Assembly: GCA_002789955.1 (NCBI GenBank)
Contig: PFUG01000420.1
Location: forward strand, 11,569 to 75,568
Direction: 5' to 3'
DNA length: 64,000 nucleotides
DNA from: Deltaproteobacteria bacterium CG_4_9_14_3_um_filter_63_12
GTDB lineage: Bacteria; Myxococcota_A; Bradymonadia; UBA4248; UM-FILTER-63-12
The notes under the pieces were generated by a model. That model searched no databases. It saw only the letters and a program-made list of their open reading frames with translations, and was not told the DNA's origin. Each line of letters begins with the position of its first letter. Within the stretch, counting starts at the first letter, position 1. A program made the position numbers and the translations under genes. Positions 37,545-46,980 of the stretch are shown here, in pieces.

Positions 37545-38321
37545 TTGAGTACGACCGACAATCGCATCGCGCATTTCAAACGCTACCTGTGGGCGGAGCC
37601 CCAGCTCACCGTGGTCGTCGGGTCCGGTGAAGCCCTCGAGAGAGGGTGGATGGACTACGTCCAGGAGCATTCCGTCGATGAGGATGCACCGGAAGCCGCG
37701 CCCCAGATCCCTCGGCTCATCGTAGGCGCAGCGCTGGCGCTGGTGTCCTCTCCCACGCGGGAGTCTTGGGGCTGGACGCTGACGCTCAAGGATGAGCCCT
37801 ACGGCTTCTTCTGTGGCGCCGAGCCCGAAGGCATGCTCTGCGCCTCGACCCGGAAAGCCGACGCGGCCAACGCGGCGATGTCCCTGCAGAGACAGGTCAC
37901 GCCGCAGAGCATCTTGCGACAGAGCAACTACACTCCGCAGCAGTCCGATCCCCTGAGCGCCATCGAGGATTATTTTCGCTTTGCGGAGCAAATCGTCACT
38001 CGGATGGGCTGTGACGCTCGAGGACGCGCGGCGCTGTTCCAATCGTTGCCCGGCGGAGATTTCTCCCAGATTCGTCCTCTGAGTGAGGACGAGCTCGTCG
38101 AGCTCGCCTGGTCGCTGGAGAGCGCCGGAGCGCTCAAACGTCTCGACGAGATGATCCTATTCTACGCCTGTCGCTGTAACGACGAGGCCATCTTGAACAT
38201 GCTCACGTCGCTGCCCGACGAGTCCCGCAAGGAGCTCTGGGGCGACGAGAAGAAGCTCAAGATCGATTGCCCGAGGTGCAGTCGAACCTACGTCGTCGAG
38301 CGACACCACCAACTGAATTGA
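37545..38321 (+). CDS. hslO: Hsp33-family redox-regulated chaperone
   Basis: C-terminal zinc centre FYACRCNDEAILNMLTSLPDE...KIDCPRCSRTY (CxC...about 30 aa...CxxC), matching the Hsp33 redox switch. The overall length (258 aa) is slightly short for the family. Confidence 0.55.
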   Translation: MSTTDNRIAHFKRYLWAEPQLTVVVGSGEALERGWMDYVQEHSVDEDAPEAAPQIPRLIVGAALALVSSPTRESWGWTLTLKDEPYGFFCGAEPEGMLCASTRKADAANAAMSLQRQVTPQSILRQSNYTPQQSDPLSAIEDYFRFAEQIVTRMGCDARGRAALFQSLPGGDFSQIRPLSEDELVELAWSLESAGALKRLDEMILFYACRCNDEAILNMLTSLPDESRKELWGDEKKLKIDCPRCSRTYVVERHHQLN

Positions 38322-38386
38322 ACCGAGAGGGAACTCGCTTGTTGCGCGCATCTTGCGCGCAACCCTGCGGGTTGTTCGGCTCAGCC

Positions 38387-39172
38387 TCAGATGCCACGCA
38401 GCAGCCAGCGTCGTGAGAACGTCGAGTCAGGCACCTCCTGGTCGACCGCCTCGTCGAGCACCTCGTTCTGGGTCGTGTGCTTGGCCGCCACGTCGGTCAT
38501 CGTCACGCGTGTGTAGATCAGGTGCTCGCCGCCAAGTTTCTTGGGCTCGAAGCGCTCCTGGAGTTTTACCATCTCGCCGCCGTCGTCGTAGTACTCGATG
38601 CGGTCGATGAGGATGTAGGCCTTGTCGATCCGCAGCTTGAGTTTCGGATACTGAAGGTCCACGCCGTCCCGACGGGTGCACTCCAGAAAGATGTAGGCGC
38701 CAGTGGTCTCATCCGCGAGGATCCTGGCGCTGAAGTCTTTGCCCAGGCGAATCATCGACATCTCGTCGAAGTTCCAGTCCGAGCTTTGAAAGCTCTGGCG
38801 TTTGGCGTGCGCGCCAACCCGTCTGACCTTTCGCATGTCCGGGAGCTTCACGTAGATATCGTCTCGGCCTTTGATGACAACGCCCATGCCCTTCATGTCA
38901 GCCGGCTCTTCGAAGGAAATCGCCCTGAGGTTATCTCCCTTCGTGATCGTCTGGAAGGTATATTGGTTCCCGTCGTTGCCGCCTCCTAGAAGGGTCATGC
39001 GGACCGTGATCGTCTGGTCCTCGAAGGGGTTGTGGCGCTTATCTGCCTCTTCGAGAAGGGCGTCCCCGCCCTTGGCGACCAGAGCGTCGAGAGACGGATC
39101 GGGCTCCCCCGCTTGTACCGGCGACGGAGTGAGGAGATTAACGAGAAATACGGCGGGGATAAACCACTTCAT
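38387..39172 (-). CDS. LolA-like outer-membrane lipoprotein-sorting family protein (partner of the RND exporter)
   Basis: Signal peptide MKWFIPAVFLVNLLTPSPVQA. Size, composition and position (26 nt downstream of a COG1033-type exporter) fit the LolA-fold proteins that accompany MMPL/HpnN-type transporters. Confidence 0.45.
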   Translation of the reverse strand: MKWFIPAVFLVNLLTPSPVQAGEPDPSLDALVAKGGDALLEEADKRHNPFEDQTITVRMTLLGGGNDGNQYTFQTITKGDNLRAISFEEPADMKGMGVVIKGRDDIYVKLPDMRKVRRVGAHAKRQSFQSSDWNFDEMSMIRLGKDFSARILADETTGAYIFLECTRRDGVDLQYPKLKLRIDKAYILIDRIEYYDDGGEMVKLQERFEPKKLGGEHLIYTRVTMTDVAAKHTTQNEVLDEAVDQEVPDSTFSRRWLLRGI

Positions 39173-39197
39173 AGGAAAACCTCTAGTCCTCTTTGGG

Positions 39198-42161
39198 TCA
39201 CTCGTGGTGCGCCGGGACTGCAGCCACGATTGGAGCCGGCGATGTCTGAGCGTCGGGGCGCAAGCTGCGAATCAGTGCAGGGACCAACAGTAGTGTCGTG
39301 ATGGCGCTAATCAACATCGCCGATGCGGTCAGCAGTCCGAAATTCCTCATGGGGATGATCGTTCCAAAGGCCAACAGGCTCAAACCTGCGCTGACCTCGA
39401 GTGCGTTGACCACAATCCCCCAGCCTGTCGCTGAGAGCGCCTCCTCGAGCACAGCCTCGGCGTTCTCTGGAGAGGGAACTCGGTGCTTCCAAACCAAGTG
39501 CACCGCATAGTCGATTCCGACTCCGAGCCCAATTGCCGCGATCATCGACGTTCCGACGTCCATCGGTATTCGAAAGACCCCCATCAACGCAAACGTAAAC
39601 ACCAAGGTCAACGCTGCCGGAACCATGGACACCAGCGCCAAACCGAAGCGCCGGAAGAAGAACCAAAGAGCCAGAAACACCAAGATGGCCGAGCTGAGCA
39701 AACTCATGAGTTGGTTGCGGTAAACGCTGCGGTTCATGCCGACGTAGACCAGGGGGTACCCACTCACCAAGGTAGACAGCTCGACGGCCTCCAAGACCTT
39801 CAGGTCGCCACTCGCCGCCTCTGGAAGGAACACCACTGGATCGGTCATCGACCACAAAGTCCGCTCGACAGCGTGTCGCAGTCCCTCGCTGCGTTTCTCT
39901 TCGGGGACCATGGCGAGGACTGCGTCCGTCTGCTCTTGACGGATGTTTCCTTGCCCGATTCCGGCGAGCTCCTCGAGGATGAACATCACGCCCTCGGAGA
40001 CCTTGGCGGCCGCGTCGCCTTCGACCAAGCGCTGCAGCTCTTCTTCCTCGTCGGCTTGCTCTTGCTCGCTCTTGTAGGGCGCCAGAATGGCGTCGAGGCT
40101 CGCCGCGTCTAGGCCTCCTCTGCGGAGCGTCGCGGAGACCTCGCGAACGATGGGGCCGAGCTCGGCCTCTTCTTTGAGCTCGATGATGGGGTCATCGAAC
40201 AGGTTGAGACGAAGGATCGACTCGATTTCGGGATTGATTGGACCGTCGCTGGAGATGTCGAAGAGCTTGGCCAACGAACCCAACTCGACCGGGGTCCCTT
40301 GGGCGACGAGCAAGTCTCTGAGCTGTTCGAGCACCTCTGCGCGCTCGGTCGCCACTTGCGGCTCGCCGATGCTGGTTCGCTCTACAGCCACGCGACGTCC
40401 GACATAAGCGCTCAACCCACGCTCGATGGTGGCGGCCAACTCTGCGGCGTGGCTCATGTCGAAATCGCTGAGCTTGACCTGGATGAGCGTGTGCTCCCAG
40501 TCGTCGTCGACCAAGAGCGAGACGCTCGCGTCGCTGCTCACGAGCTCGGCGATGGACGCCGAGGTCCGGCGCGAGACCGGCACCCGTCGTTCGCCGGTCG
40601 ACCCTTCGGCCGCCAGCACGACCACGTCGGTCAAGCTTTGGACCGTACTCACTCCCTGAAGGCCTGACATCCAGGCTTTCATGCGATCGATCTGGCGTAA
40701 GGTCAGCGGGCTCTTGATGTCTCCCGTGACCTCGACCTGCAGGTAGAGAGACCCTCCAAAGCGCTCATCGAGAAAGCGCTCCGCCTTGAGTGGTTCGCTC
40801 TCTTTTGCGAAGAGCGTGCGGAGATCGGTGTGGGTGTCGACCCGCAGTGCGAAAATCGTCGAAGCGGCCAAAGCCCCCCCTGCGATCAGTGAAACCGCAA
40901 CTCGCCAACGTATCACGCCTCGTGCGCCGCCCATCATCCACTTCAAGGCCCAACGCGGGGCGCGCCCTTCCGCCCTCGGCTTCATGGAAAACCGCGCCGC
41001 GGCTGCGGGTACGAGAATGAGCGTGAGGGCGACGATCAGCAGAGTCGCCGACGACATCAGCACACCAAATTCCCGCATTGGTGTGACGTCCATCAAGGTG
41101 AAGGACGCGAAACCGGCAGTCGTCGTGCTCCCCGCGGCCAGGATCGGCGGCCCCACGGCGCGCAACGCCGCGCGGATGGCCGCTCGCCGCTCCAGACCTT
41201 GGTCCAAACGGGCGAGGATGGCGGTGAGCAGGTGCACTGAGTAGGCGCTGCCGAGAGCGACCAGGAGCACGGGCAACGACGAGGAAACCAAGGTCATCGA
41301 GCCCCCAACCAGCTTCAACGCGCCCATCACCCAGACGATGCCGATGCCCACGGAGCCTAACGCGATGAACACGGAGGTCGCACTGCGGATGGTCAGGACC
41401 ATGATCAGCACGACAACGGCGCAAACCCACGGCGACAGTCGCGCCAGATCGGCTCGGGTGTGCTCAGCCGCATAAGAGCCGATAAATGGGGCTCCACCGA
41501 AGTGCGCACGAAACCCACCGCCTTGCGGCATCTGCTCCGCGACCACCGCACGGATGGCGTCCGCGGTCTGCTGGGTGTTGGCGTCCACATCGAGCTGGCA
41601 GAGGACGATGGAAGCCGCGCCATCTGCGGAGATTAAGGTTCCAACGAGGTGATCGCGGTTGAGTACCCGGGAGCGGACATCGGCGACAAAGGCATTCGCC
41701 TCAGGGCTATTGGCGTCTTTGGGCAGGTTCCCTACGAGGTCTTTGAGGACCGAGAAACTGCCACCGGCGGCATCGACCTTCTCTGTGAGGTCTGGGAGCT
41801 CTGTGAGGCTCGTTACCGCACTCACCCCATCGACGTTAGCAAGGGATTCAGCGATCCCCCGGAGCAACCTCAGTCCTTCGAGCGTGAGCACATCGCCGTC
41901 TGTGGCCTCGATGCCGACAATACCAATGTGCAGTCCATGGAATCTGCGGCCGATCTCCTGGAAGCGCACGACCTGCTCGTCACCGGCTGGGAGAAAGCGA
42001 ATGACGTCGTCATCGTGCGTCAGCTGCGACGCAGGGAAGCCCAACGCCAGCGTCGCGAGCAATGAGACGACGAGCACCCCCCAAGAGTGTCGTGCGCTCC
42101 AGTCCCCAACGTTGGTCACCCAACGGCTCATCCGCTCCTGCTCTCGCATCTCCTCGCCCAT
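39198..42161 (-). CDS. RND-superfamily exporter (MMPL/HpnN-like, COG1033 type) with two large periplasmic loops
   Basis: 987 aa with a 12-TM duplicated architecture (TM1 + large loop + TM2-6, repeated). Typical MMPL segments include GSAYSVHLL, GVGIDYAVHL and the C-terminal TM bundle. Confidence 0.7.
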   Translation of the reverse strand: MGEEMREQERMSRWVTNVGDWSARHSWGVLVVSLLATLALGFPASQLTHDDDVIRFLPAGDEQVVRFQEIGRRFHGLHIGIVGIEATDGDVLTLEGLRLLRGIAESLANVDGVSAVTSLTELPDLTEKVDAAGGSFSVLKDLVGNLPKDANSPEANAFVADVRSRVLNRDHLVGTLISADGAASIVLCQLDVDANTQQTADAIRAVVAEQMPQGGGFRAHFGGAPFIGSYAAEHTRADLARLSPWVCAVVVLIMVLTIRSATSVFIALGSVGIGIVWVMGALKLVGGSMTLVSSSLPVLLVALGSAYSVHLLTAILARLDQGLERRAAIRAALRAVGPPILAAGSTTTAGFASFTLMDVTPMREFGVLMSSATLLIVALTLILVPAAAARFSMKPRAEGRAPRWALKWMMGGARGVIRWRVAVSLIAGGALAASTIFALRVDTHTDLRTLFAKESEPLKAERFLDERFGGSLYLQVEVTGDIKSPLTLRQIDRMKAWMSGLQGVSTVQSLTDVVVLAAEGSTGERRVPVSRRTSASIAELVSSDASVSLLVDDDWEHTLIQVKLSDFDMSHAAELAATIERGLSAYVGRRVAVERTSIGEPQVATERAEVLEQLRDLLVAQGTPVELGSLAKLFDISSDGPINPEIESILRLNLFDDPIIELKEEAELGPIVREVSATLRRGGLDAASLDAILAPYKSEQEQADEEEELQRLVEGDAAAKVSEGVMFILEELAGIGQGNIRQEQTDAVLAMVPEEKRSEGLRHAVERTLWSMTDPVVFLPEAASGDLKVLEAVELSTLVSGYPLVYVGMNRSVYRNQLMSLLSSAILVFLALWFFFRRFGLALVSMVPAALTLVFTFALMGVFRIPMDVGTSMIAAIGLGVGIDYAVHLVWKHRVPSPENAEAVLEEALSATGWGIVVNALEVSAGLSLLAFGTIIPMRNFGLLTASAMLISAITTLLLVPALIRSLRPDAQTSPAPIVAAVPAHHE

Positions 42162-42367
42162 CTGTTCCCTCGTCGTCGCTCAACGCCACAGGAGCTTTGC
42201 CCCCTCTTAGCGGTTTTTGGGCGGAACATCATCCTTTTTGCGCCGGTTGGAGAACCTAGCCGCGGGCGGCGGCAGGCGTCGTTCTTGATGTTGCGCGGGG
42301 AATGGCGCACTCTTGGCCCCCAAGGCAAGGGCCCCCGGCGATTGGGTGCGGGGTCTGGAGGATTTCG

Positions 42368-43105
42368 ATGCGCACCGGGAATCGCCACTCTTTATGGTTG
42401 CTCGCGTTCGTCGCGCTGTTCACGGGTTGTCGAGTGGCCCCAAACGCGGCGGAACCCGATCGTGAGCGGGCGGCGGGCGGCGAGATTGAGCACGAGCAGT
42501 CCCTCGTCCCTGTCGACACAATGGGCCCCCCTGGCGGCTTTGATGTCAGCGCGCTGCAAACTCGCTACACCAAGGACATCCCCGGCGAAGGCCGCCTCTA
42601 TGTCACTTTCCTCACCTCGGCGGGCAAGCTCCAATGTCTCCTGCATGAAGAGGAGGCACCACGAACGGTCGACAATTTCGTCGGACTCGCACGGGGTTTG
42701 AAGACTTGGACCGACCCCGCGAGCAAAGAACCCGTCAAACGCCCCTTCTATGATGGGTTGAGTTTCCACCGGGTGGTCCCCAATGTGCTCATTCAGACCG
42801 GCGATCCGACCAACAGCGGTGTGGGGCACCCAGGCTTTACCATCGACGACGAGTTCGGGGCTGGGCTGGAACACGACAGCGCGGGGGTCATGGCGATGGC
42901 ACAAAGTCGTCCCAACGGCTCCGGAAGTCAATTCTACATCACGGATTCGCCGACCCCCCAATTCGACGGGCGCTATCCCATTTTTGGGCACTGCGAAGAT
43001 CTCGACGTGATTCACAAGATTGCAGCAGCCGCGCTCACCGAGGGCACCGTCGATCGCCCCCTCGACCCCATACGAATCGAGTCCTTGAGCTTCGAACGAC
43101 GATGA
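42368..43105 (+). CDS. Cyclophilin-type peptidyl-prolyl cis-trans isomerase, lipoprotein
   Basis: GGAGG RBS 5 nt before the ATG at 42368. Signal + lipobox LLAFVALFTGC. Cyclophilin core motifs FHRVVPNVLIQTGDP, MAMAQSRPNGSGSQFYIT and FGHCEDLDVIHKI. Confidence 0.8.
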   Translation: MRTGNRHSLWLLAFVALFTGCRVAPNAAEPDRERAAGGEIEHEQSLVPVDTMGPPGGFDVSALQTRYTKDIPGEGRLYVTFLTSAGKLQCLLHEEEAPRTVDNFVGLARGLKTWTDPASKEPVKRPFYDGLSFHRVVPNVLIQTGDPTNSGVGHPGFTIDDEFGAGLEHDSAGVMAMAQSRPNGSGSQFYITDSPTPQFDGRYPIFGHCEDLDVIHKIAAAALTEGTVDRPLDPIRIESLSFERR

Positions 43106-43408
43106 CGATCGACTTGCATCGAGCCCTAGTGCGGGTTACTGATCGTGTCAGTCCATTCAAGTTTGGGTGTTCCTAGCTGTCCGACGAGCTCTTCGGCTCC
43201 CGAGAGTCGCTTGTCGGACTCTTCATTGGTCGGTTACGAACCAGCGTCGGCCGCTCTGCCGCCTCTATCCCTTCGTGGTTCGCGGTGGACGCGAGAGATA
43301 GCCTGAGGAGTCCTCGTTCATGTGGACTCACGATGGTTTTGCGGATGAGTACCGTTCCCAGACACCGCTCTCGAGTTCGCTCCTTTCTTGAAGCGTTGGA
43401 GGATGCCC

Positions 43409-43783
43409 ATGCAACCCAATCTCAAAGTTCTTGGTCAAAAAGTACGCGACGCCCGCCACAACATGGGCCTCACTCAGCAGCAGCTTTCCGAGCGAGTGGA
43501 CTGCTCGCCAGAGTGGATCTCCAAGATCGAGCGAGGCCGTGCCAGCCCATCCCTGAGCTGCATCAACACCATCGGCCATATTCTGGGCGTCGACCTGACG
43601 GTCCTTTTGTCGGCCGAAAGAGCGCAGAGCGAGGTGGACGTCGAGGGGAGGGTCGAGTACGCGACCAGTCTGGTCAGGGCGCTGAACGACGACTACCAAG
43701 GCACCGCGATCTACCTCATCGAAGCCCTATTGAGACGCCAACGTGAGCTCGAGTTCAGGTCCGAAATCGCCGAGGTCTCTTGA
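43409..43783 (+). CDS. XRE-family HTH transcriptional regulator
   Basis: LGQKVRDARHNMGLTQQQLSERVDCSPEWISKIERGRASPSLSCINTIGHILGV is a Cro/C1-type HTH. GGAGG is 6 nt upstream of the ATG at 43409. Confidence 0.6.
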   Translation: MQPNLKVLGQKVRDARHNMGLTQQQLSERVDCSPEWISKIERGRASPSLSCINTIGHILGVDLTVLLSAERAQSEVDVEGRVEYATSLVRALNDDYQGTAIYLIEALLRRQRELEFRSEIAEVS

Positions 43784-43795
43784 GCTGGATGGAGC

Positions 43796-44173
43796 TCAGT
43801 TCAGCTTCTTGAGGAAGCCCTCGAGCGGCTTGACCGTCCAACGTTGACCTTCGAACGCTTTCATCATCGAGATGATGTTGAGCACTAGAAAAGCCACGCC
43901 AACAAATCCCCAAAGGATATAGAAAAGCGCCTTACCTGCGTCCCAGAAGAGCCCGAACAGGTTGGCGATCCCGAGGAGGACGACCGACAGGAAGAACCAG
44001 ACCAGCGCCAACACGATGCCGTGTTTGGCGTGCCACTTCGCAAACTCGTCCTCGCGCTCGACGACCAAGGGAATCGCGGGCAGGAAAACGCAACATGCGA
44101 CGATCCACGTGTAGCTTAGGATGAGCCAAACGGTCCGGTTCGGACTTTGTTGGGGGTCAGCAGATTGCTCCAT
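43796..44173 (-). CDS. Small integral membrane protein (DUF4870-like)
   Basis: 125 aa with three hydrophobic helices. A conserved-looking HAKHGIVLALVWFF...ILWGFVGVAFLVLNII pattern typical of DUF4870/TM2-like proteins. Confidence 0.4.
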   Translation of the reverse strand: MEQSADPQQSPNRTVWLILSYTWIVACCVFLPAIPLVVEREDEFAKWHAKHGIVLALVWFFLSVVLLGIANLFGLFWDAGKALFYILWGFVGVAFLVLNIISMMKAFEGQRWTVKPLEGFLKKLN

Positions 44174-44298
44174 GTCCGCAGGGTCCTTCGTTCATGGGTG
44201 ATTGGGAACCGCGCGAAGTGTATGGCTTGCGATTCGAAAGTGTCAACCCGTGCATGGCTCCCTACATGTGCTCCCTATGACTCTGGCGAGGGTTCGCC

Positions 44299-45531
44299 TT
44301 GCGCCTGCAGGTGGTCGCCCCCCACGAAGTCCGCTATTTTCGCGTCGATGGTCGAAATGCGAGGGAGGTGAGGGTGGACGCGAAAGACTACAACGGCTGG
44401 GCCAAACGCTTTCTCTGGCCCTTCAACCTTCCTGCGGAGTGTCCTGTTCACGAGCTGGATCCGGGCAGCGAAGCCTGTGTCGAATGGATCTCTGAGTTCC
44501 AGCGCCAGCATGGACTTCTCGTCGATGGGCGCTTGGGCCCGTCGACGCTCTACGCCTGCGTCGCGGTCTATCATGAAGGCGCTGGCGGCGTCGGTGGCCT
44601 CCTCATCGGCGGCGAGACCGTCGACATCGGCGTCCCCGTCGCACGGATGCGGTCTTTGATGGCTGAACATCAAACCCTATCCAAAGCTCCTGACCTCTGT
44701 GTCCTGCTCTCGACCAGCGAGATGGAAAGGGCAACCCGGAGTCGAAGGCTGAGGGAGAAGCCCCTGAGATCCCATTTCGCCATCGATGGGTCGCGTGGAG
44801 TCAACGGCAAGAGCCTGATCATCCAGTGGGCTGACCCGCTCTGCATCGTGGATTTCGTCCCCGTGCTGGAGCCCTCGGACTATCCCGCTAACCGTCAGGC
44901 CGTCGGGATCGAGCTCGAAAACCCTCTCACCGCTCATCATCGAGACAGTGACGCCAGACGCTGGCAGAGGAAGCGCAACAACGTCTCCGCCGATATCAAC
45001 GGGCGAGTTTCTGCCCAACTCGAGTATCATCCCGAGCAGCTGCAGAGCCTGATTCTCCTGATGGACGTGCTCGAAAGTCGCCTTGGATTGCCTCGACAGT
45101 TCCCGATTCGCAACGGCAAATACGACACTTATCTGAGCTCGAACTGGCAGGACCACAAAGGCTACCTCGCTCGCTTCAACTTCGAACAGCGACTCAACGA
45201 GCCCGGCGCTGGACTCGTACAGCAGCTGCCAACGCTGTTCGGCCCGCTTGCGACTGATGAACCCACCGCCGTGAAGCCCTCCTCGACCAAGATTCGTCCC
45301 GCCGCCGCCGAACCGCCCCCCCCCCTCGACGTCGTCACGAACGACGAGCGTCGGTCGCTCAAGAAGGCCTGGGACGCGCCGGTCTCCTCTGCGGTTGCCC
45401 CTCCCGTGGTCGACCGCGAGAGCTTCTCGCTGTCTCGTTCGTTGAAGAGCCGCCGAGGCAGGCGACAGAGCGGACTCACACGGGCTGAAAGCCTGCGCGC
45501 ACGCCTTCTCGACAAACCCTCTCAAGAATAG
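44299..45531 (+). CDS. Hypothetical protein with a peptidoglycan-binding (PG_binding_1) domain
   Basis: EFQRQHGLLVDGRLGPSTLYA matches the PG-binding-1 helix motif. The rest has no recognisable domain. The C-terminus is Pro/Ala-rich and basic. Confidence 0.4.
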   Translation: MRLQVVAPHEVRYFRVDGRNAREVRVDAKDYNGWAKRFLWPFNLPAECPVHELDPGSEACVEWISEFQRQHGLLVDGRLGPSTLYACVAVYHEGAGGVGGLLIGGETVDIGVPVARMRSLMAEHQTLSKAPDLCVLLSTSEMERATRSRRLREKPLRSHFAIDGSRGVNGKSLIIQWADPLCIVDFVPVLEPSDYPANRQAVGIELENPLTAHHRDSDARRWQRKRNNVSADINGRVSAQLEYHPEQLQSLILLMDVLESRLGLPRQFPIRNGKYDTYLSSNWQDHKGYLARFNFEQRLNEPGAGLVQQLPTLFGPLATDEPTAVKPSSTKIRPAAAEPPPPLDVVTNDERRSLKKAWDAPVSSAVAPPVVDRESFSLSRSLKSRRGRRQSGLTRAESLRARLLDKPSQE

Positions 45532-45588
45532 AGCGAGCCTCTGGCTCCCTACCACCAGATTATAGGCGTGGCCTTGGGGGCTTGTTTG

Positions 45589-46806
45589 TCAGGGACACGG
45601 ATTCTCGACCCCAGGGCTCGGCTCTGAGTCGACGGCGTCACCCACCTCCACCCGGACCGCCCCGTCGGGACAACGTGCCAGCGATCGTCCGTCCCCGACG
45701 TCAGCCGAGATCTGGTCCGCGAGAAGCCCCATCGCAGCGGGATCCGCGGGGGTTCCCCAGGCGATGACGTCAAAGACCTCGCCTGAGCATCCCACCAAAC
45801 GAAACGCTCCGCTGTCGTTGCTGGCGTCCACGGTCTCGAGAACGAGGTCGTTGCTGAGGCTCGAGTCTTCGGCAATCAAGAAGACCCCTTCAGCGTCGAG
45901 CGTTCGGCCCACATCGGTGAGGACATTCCAAAGCCCAACTTCCTCATCCCAGCTCTCGAGCCAGACTCCCTCCAACGAGAGCTTGGGCACGCCTCGAAGC
46001 TCGACGAACGCCGTGGAGCCCTCGTCAGCCCCTGGTGGATCGTAGAGCACCTCTCCGAGCCACACCTCTCCAGCCACGGCGAGCGTCTCGCAGGGTGTGC
46101 ACGCCGGCGAATCCGAGATGCGCTCGTTCGCCGCACCAGGCGACGCCGCATCCACGACAAAGTCAGAGGCATTGTCACCGCTATCTATGACGTCGAGAGC
46201 ACCAGGACAGCGAGCCAACGCGAGATCAGCTCCGCTCCCCGCGACTGGGGACCCCTCCCCCCTGAAAGTCTCCTCTGGCCCGAAAGTGCCGTAGCCAACC
46301 GAATCTTGCCTTCGTCCGTGGCAATCGAAGAGTTGGATGTTTCCGTTGGGCGCCGGAAAGCCTTCGACGCCCAGCAGCTGGTCTGCCGTGCTCTCGAGGG
46401 AGTCGCCAAAGGCCCCCACGAACAATCCAGAGGAGTCGAGTTCCCCACTGAGAACCACCTCAAATCGTCGAATCGAGTCACCTGACGTCGCCAGCAGACG
46501 ATATCCGTCCAGCGCCTCGCCGGGTTGTCCCAAGAGCTCGACGAAGTCGGGGCGCGAAGCACCCGCATAGCGAAACTCGTTGATCACTACAGGCCCTGCG
46601 GAACAGACCGGGCTGCTCGTTGTTTCCCCTCCGCTGCCATCCAACACAAGAGTGTCGGTAACCCGGACACAGGCATCGTTCACGCAGATCTCGTCGGGCT
46701 GACAGCGACAGAGGTTCACCGAGTCAATGGTCACGTCCGAGCCACACCCGGGTCCAAAGACCAAAGAGAGAAGAAGCGCCCAGAGAATTCTTCGGAAACT
46801 GTTCAT
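45589..46806 (-). CDS. Lipoprotein with two lamin-tail (LTD) domains
   Basis: Start at the ATG at 46806 gives MNSFRRILWALLLSLVFGPGCG (lipobox). LTD signatures VVINEFRYAG...PDFVELLG and VWLGEVLYDPPGADEGSTAFVELRG. Confidence 0.5.
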   Translation of the reverse strand: MNSFRRILWALLLSLVFGPGCGSDVTIDSVNLCRCQPDEICVNDACVRVTDTLVLDGSGGETTSSPVCSAGPVVINEFRYAGASRPDFVELLGQPGEALDGYRLLATSGDSIRRFEVVLSGELDSSGLFVGAFGDSLESTADQLLGVEGFPAPNGNIQLFDCHGRRQDSVGYGTFGPEETFRGEGSPVAGSGADLALARCPGALDVIDSGDNASDFVVDAASPGAANERISDSPACTPCETLAVAGEVWLGEVLYDPPGADEGSTAFVELRGVPKLSLEGVWLESWDEEVGLWNVLTDVGRTLDAEGVFLIAEDSSLSNDLVLETVDASNDSGAFRLVGCSGEVFDVIAWGTPADPAAMGLLADQISADVGDGRSLARCPDGAVRVEVGDAVDSEPSPGVENPCP

Positions 46807-46980
46807 AGGCTCGTTCTTAGTCGTGTTGAAACGCACAGAGACAGAGGTCAGGTCGCAAACCTGATGTCCATTTTGACGATCGACATCTCGAGTCGCGGAA
46901 TGTCCTCGTCCTCGCTGGGTGAGCCAAAGAAAACAGGGTGAACTGGAGTCCACCCTGTTCGAGATTCGCAAGCCGTGGGG

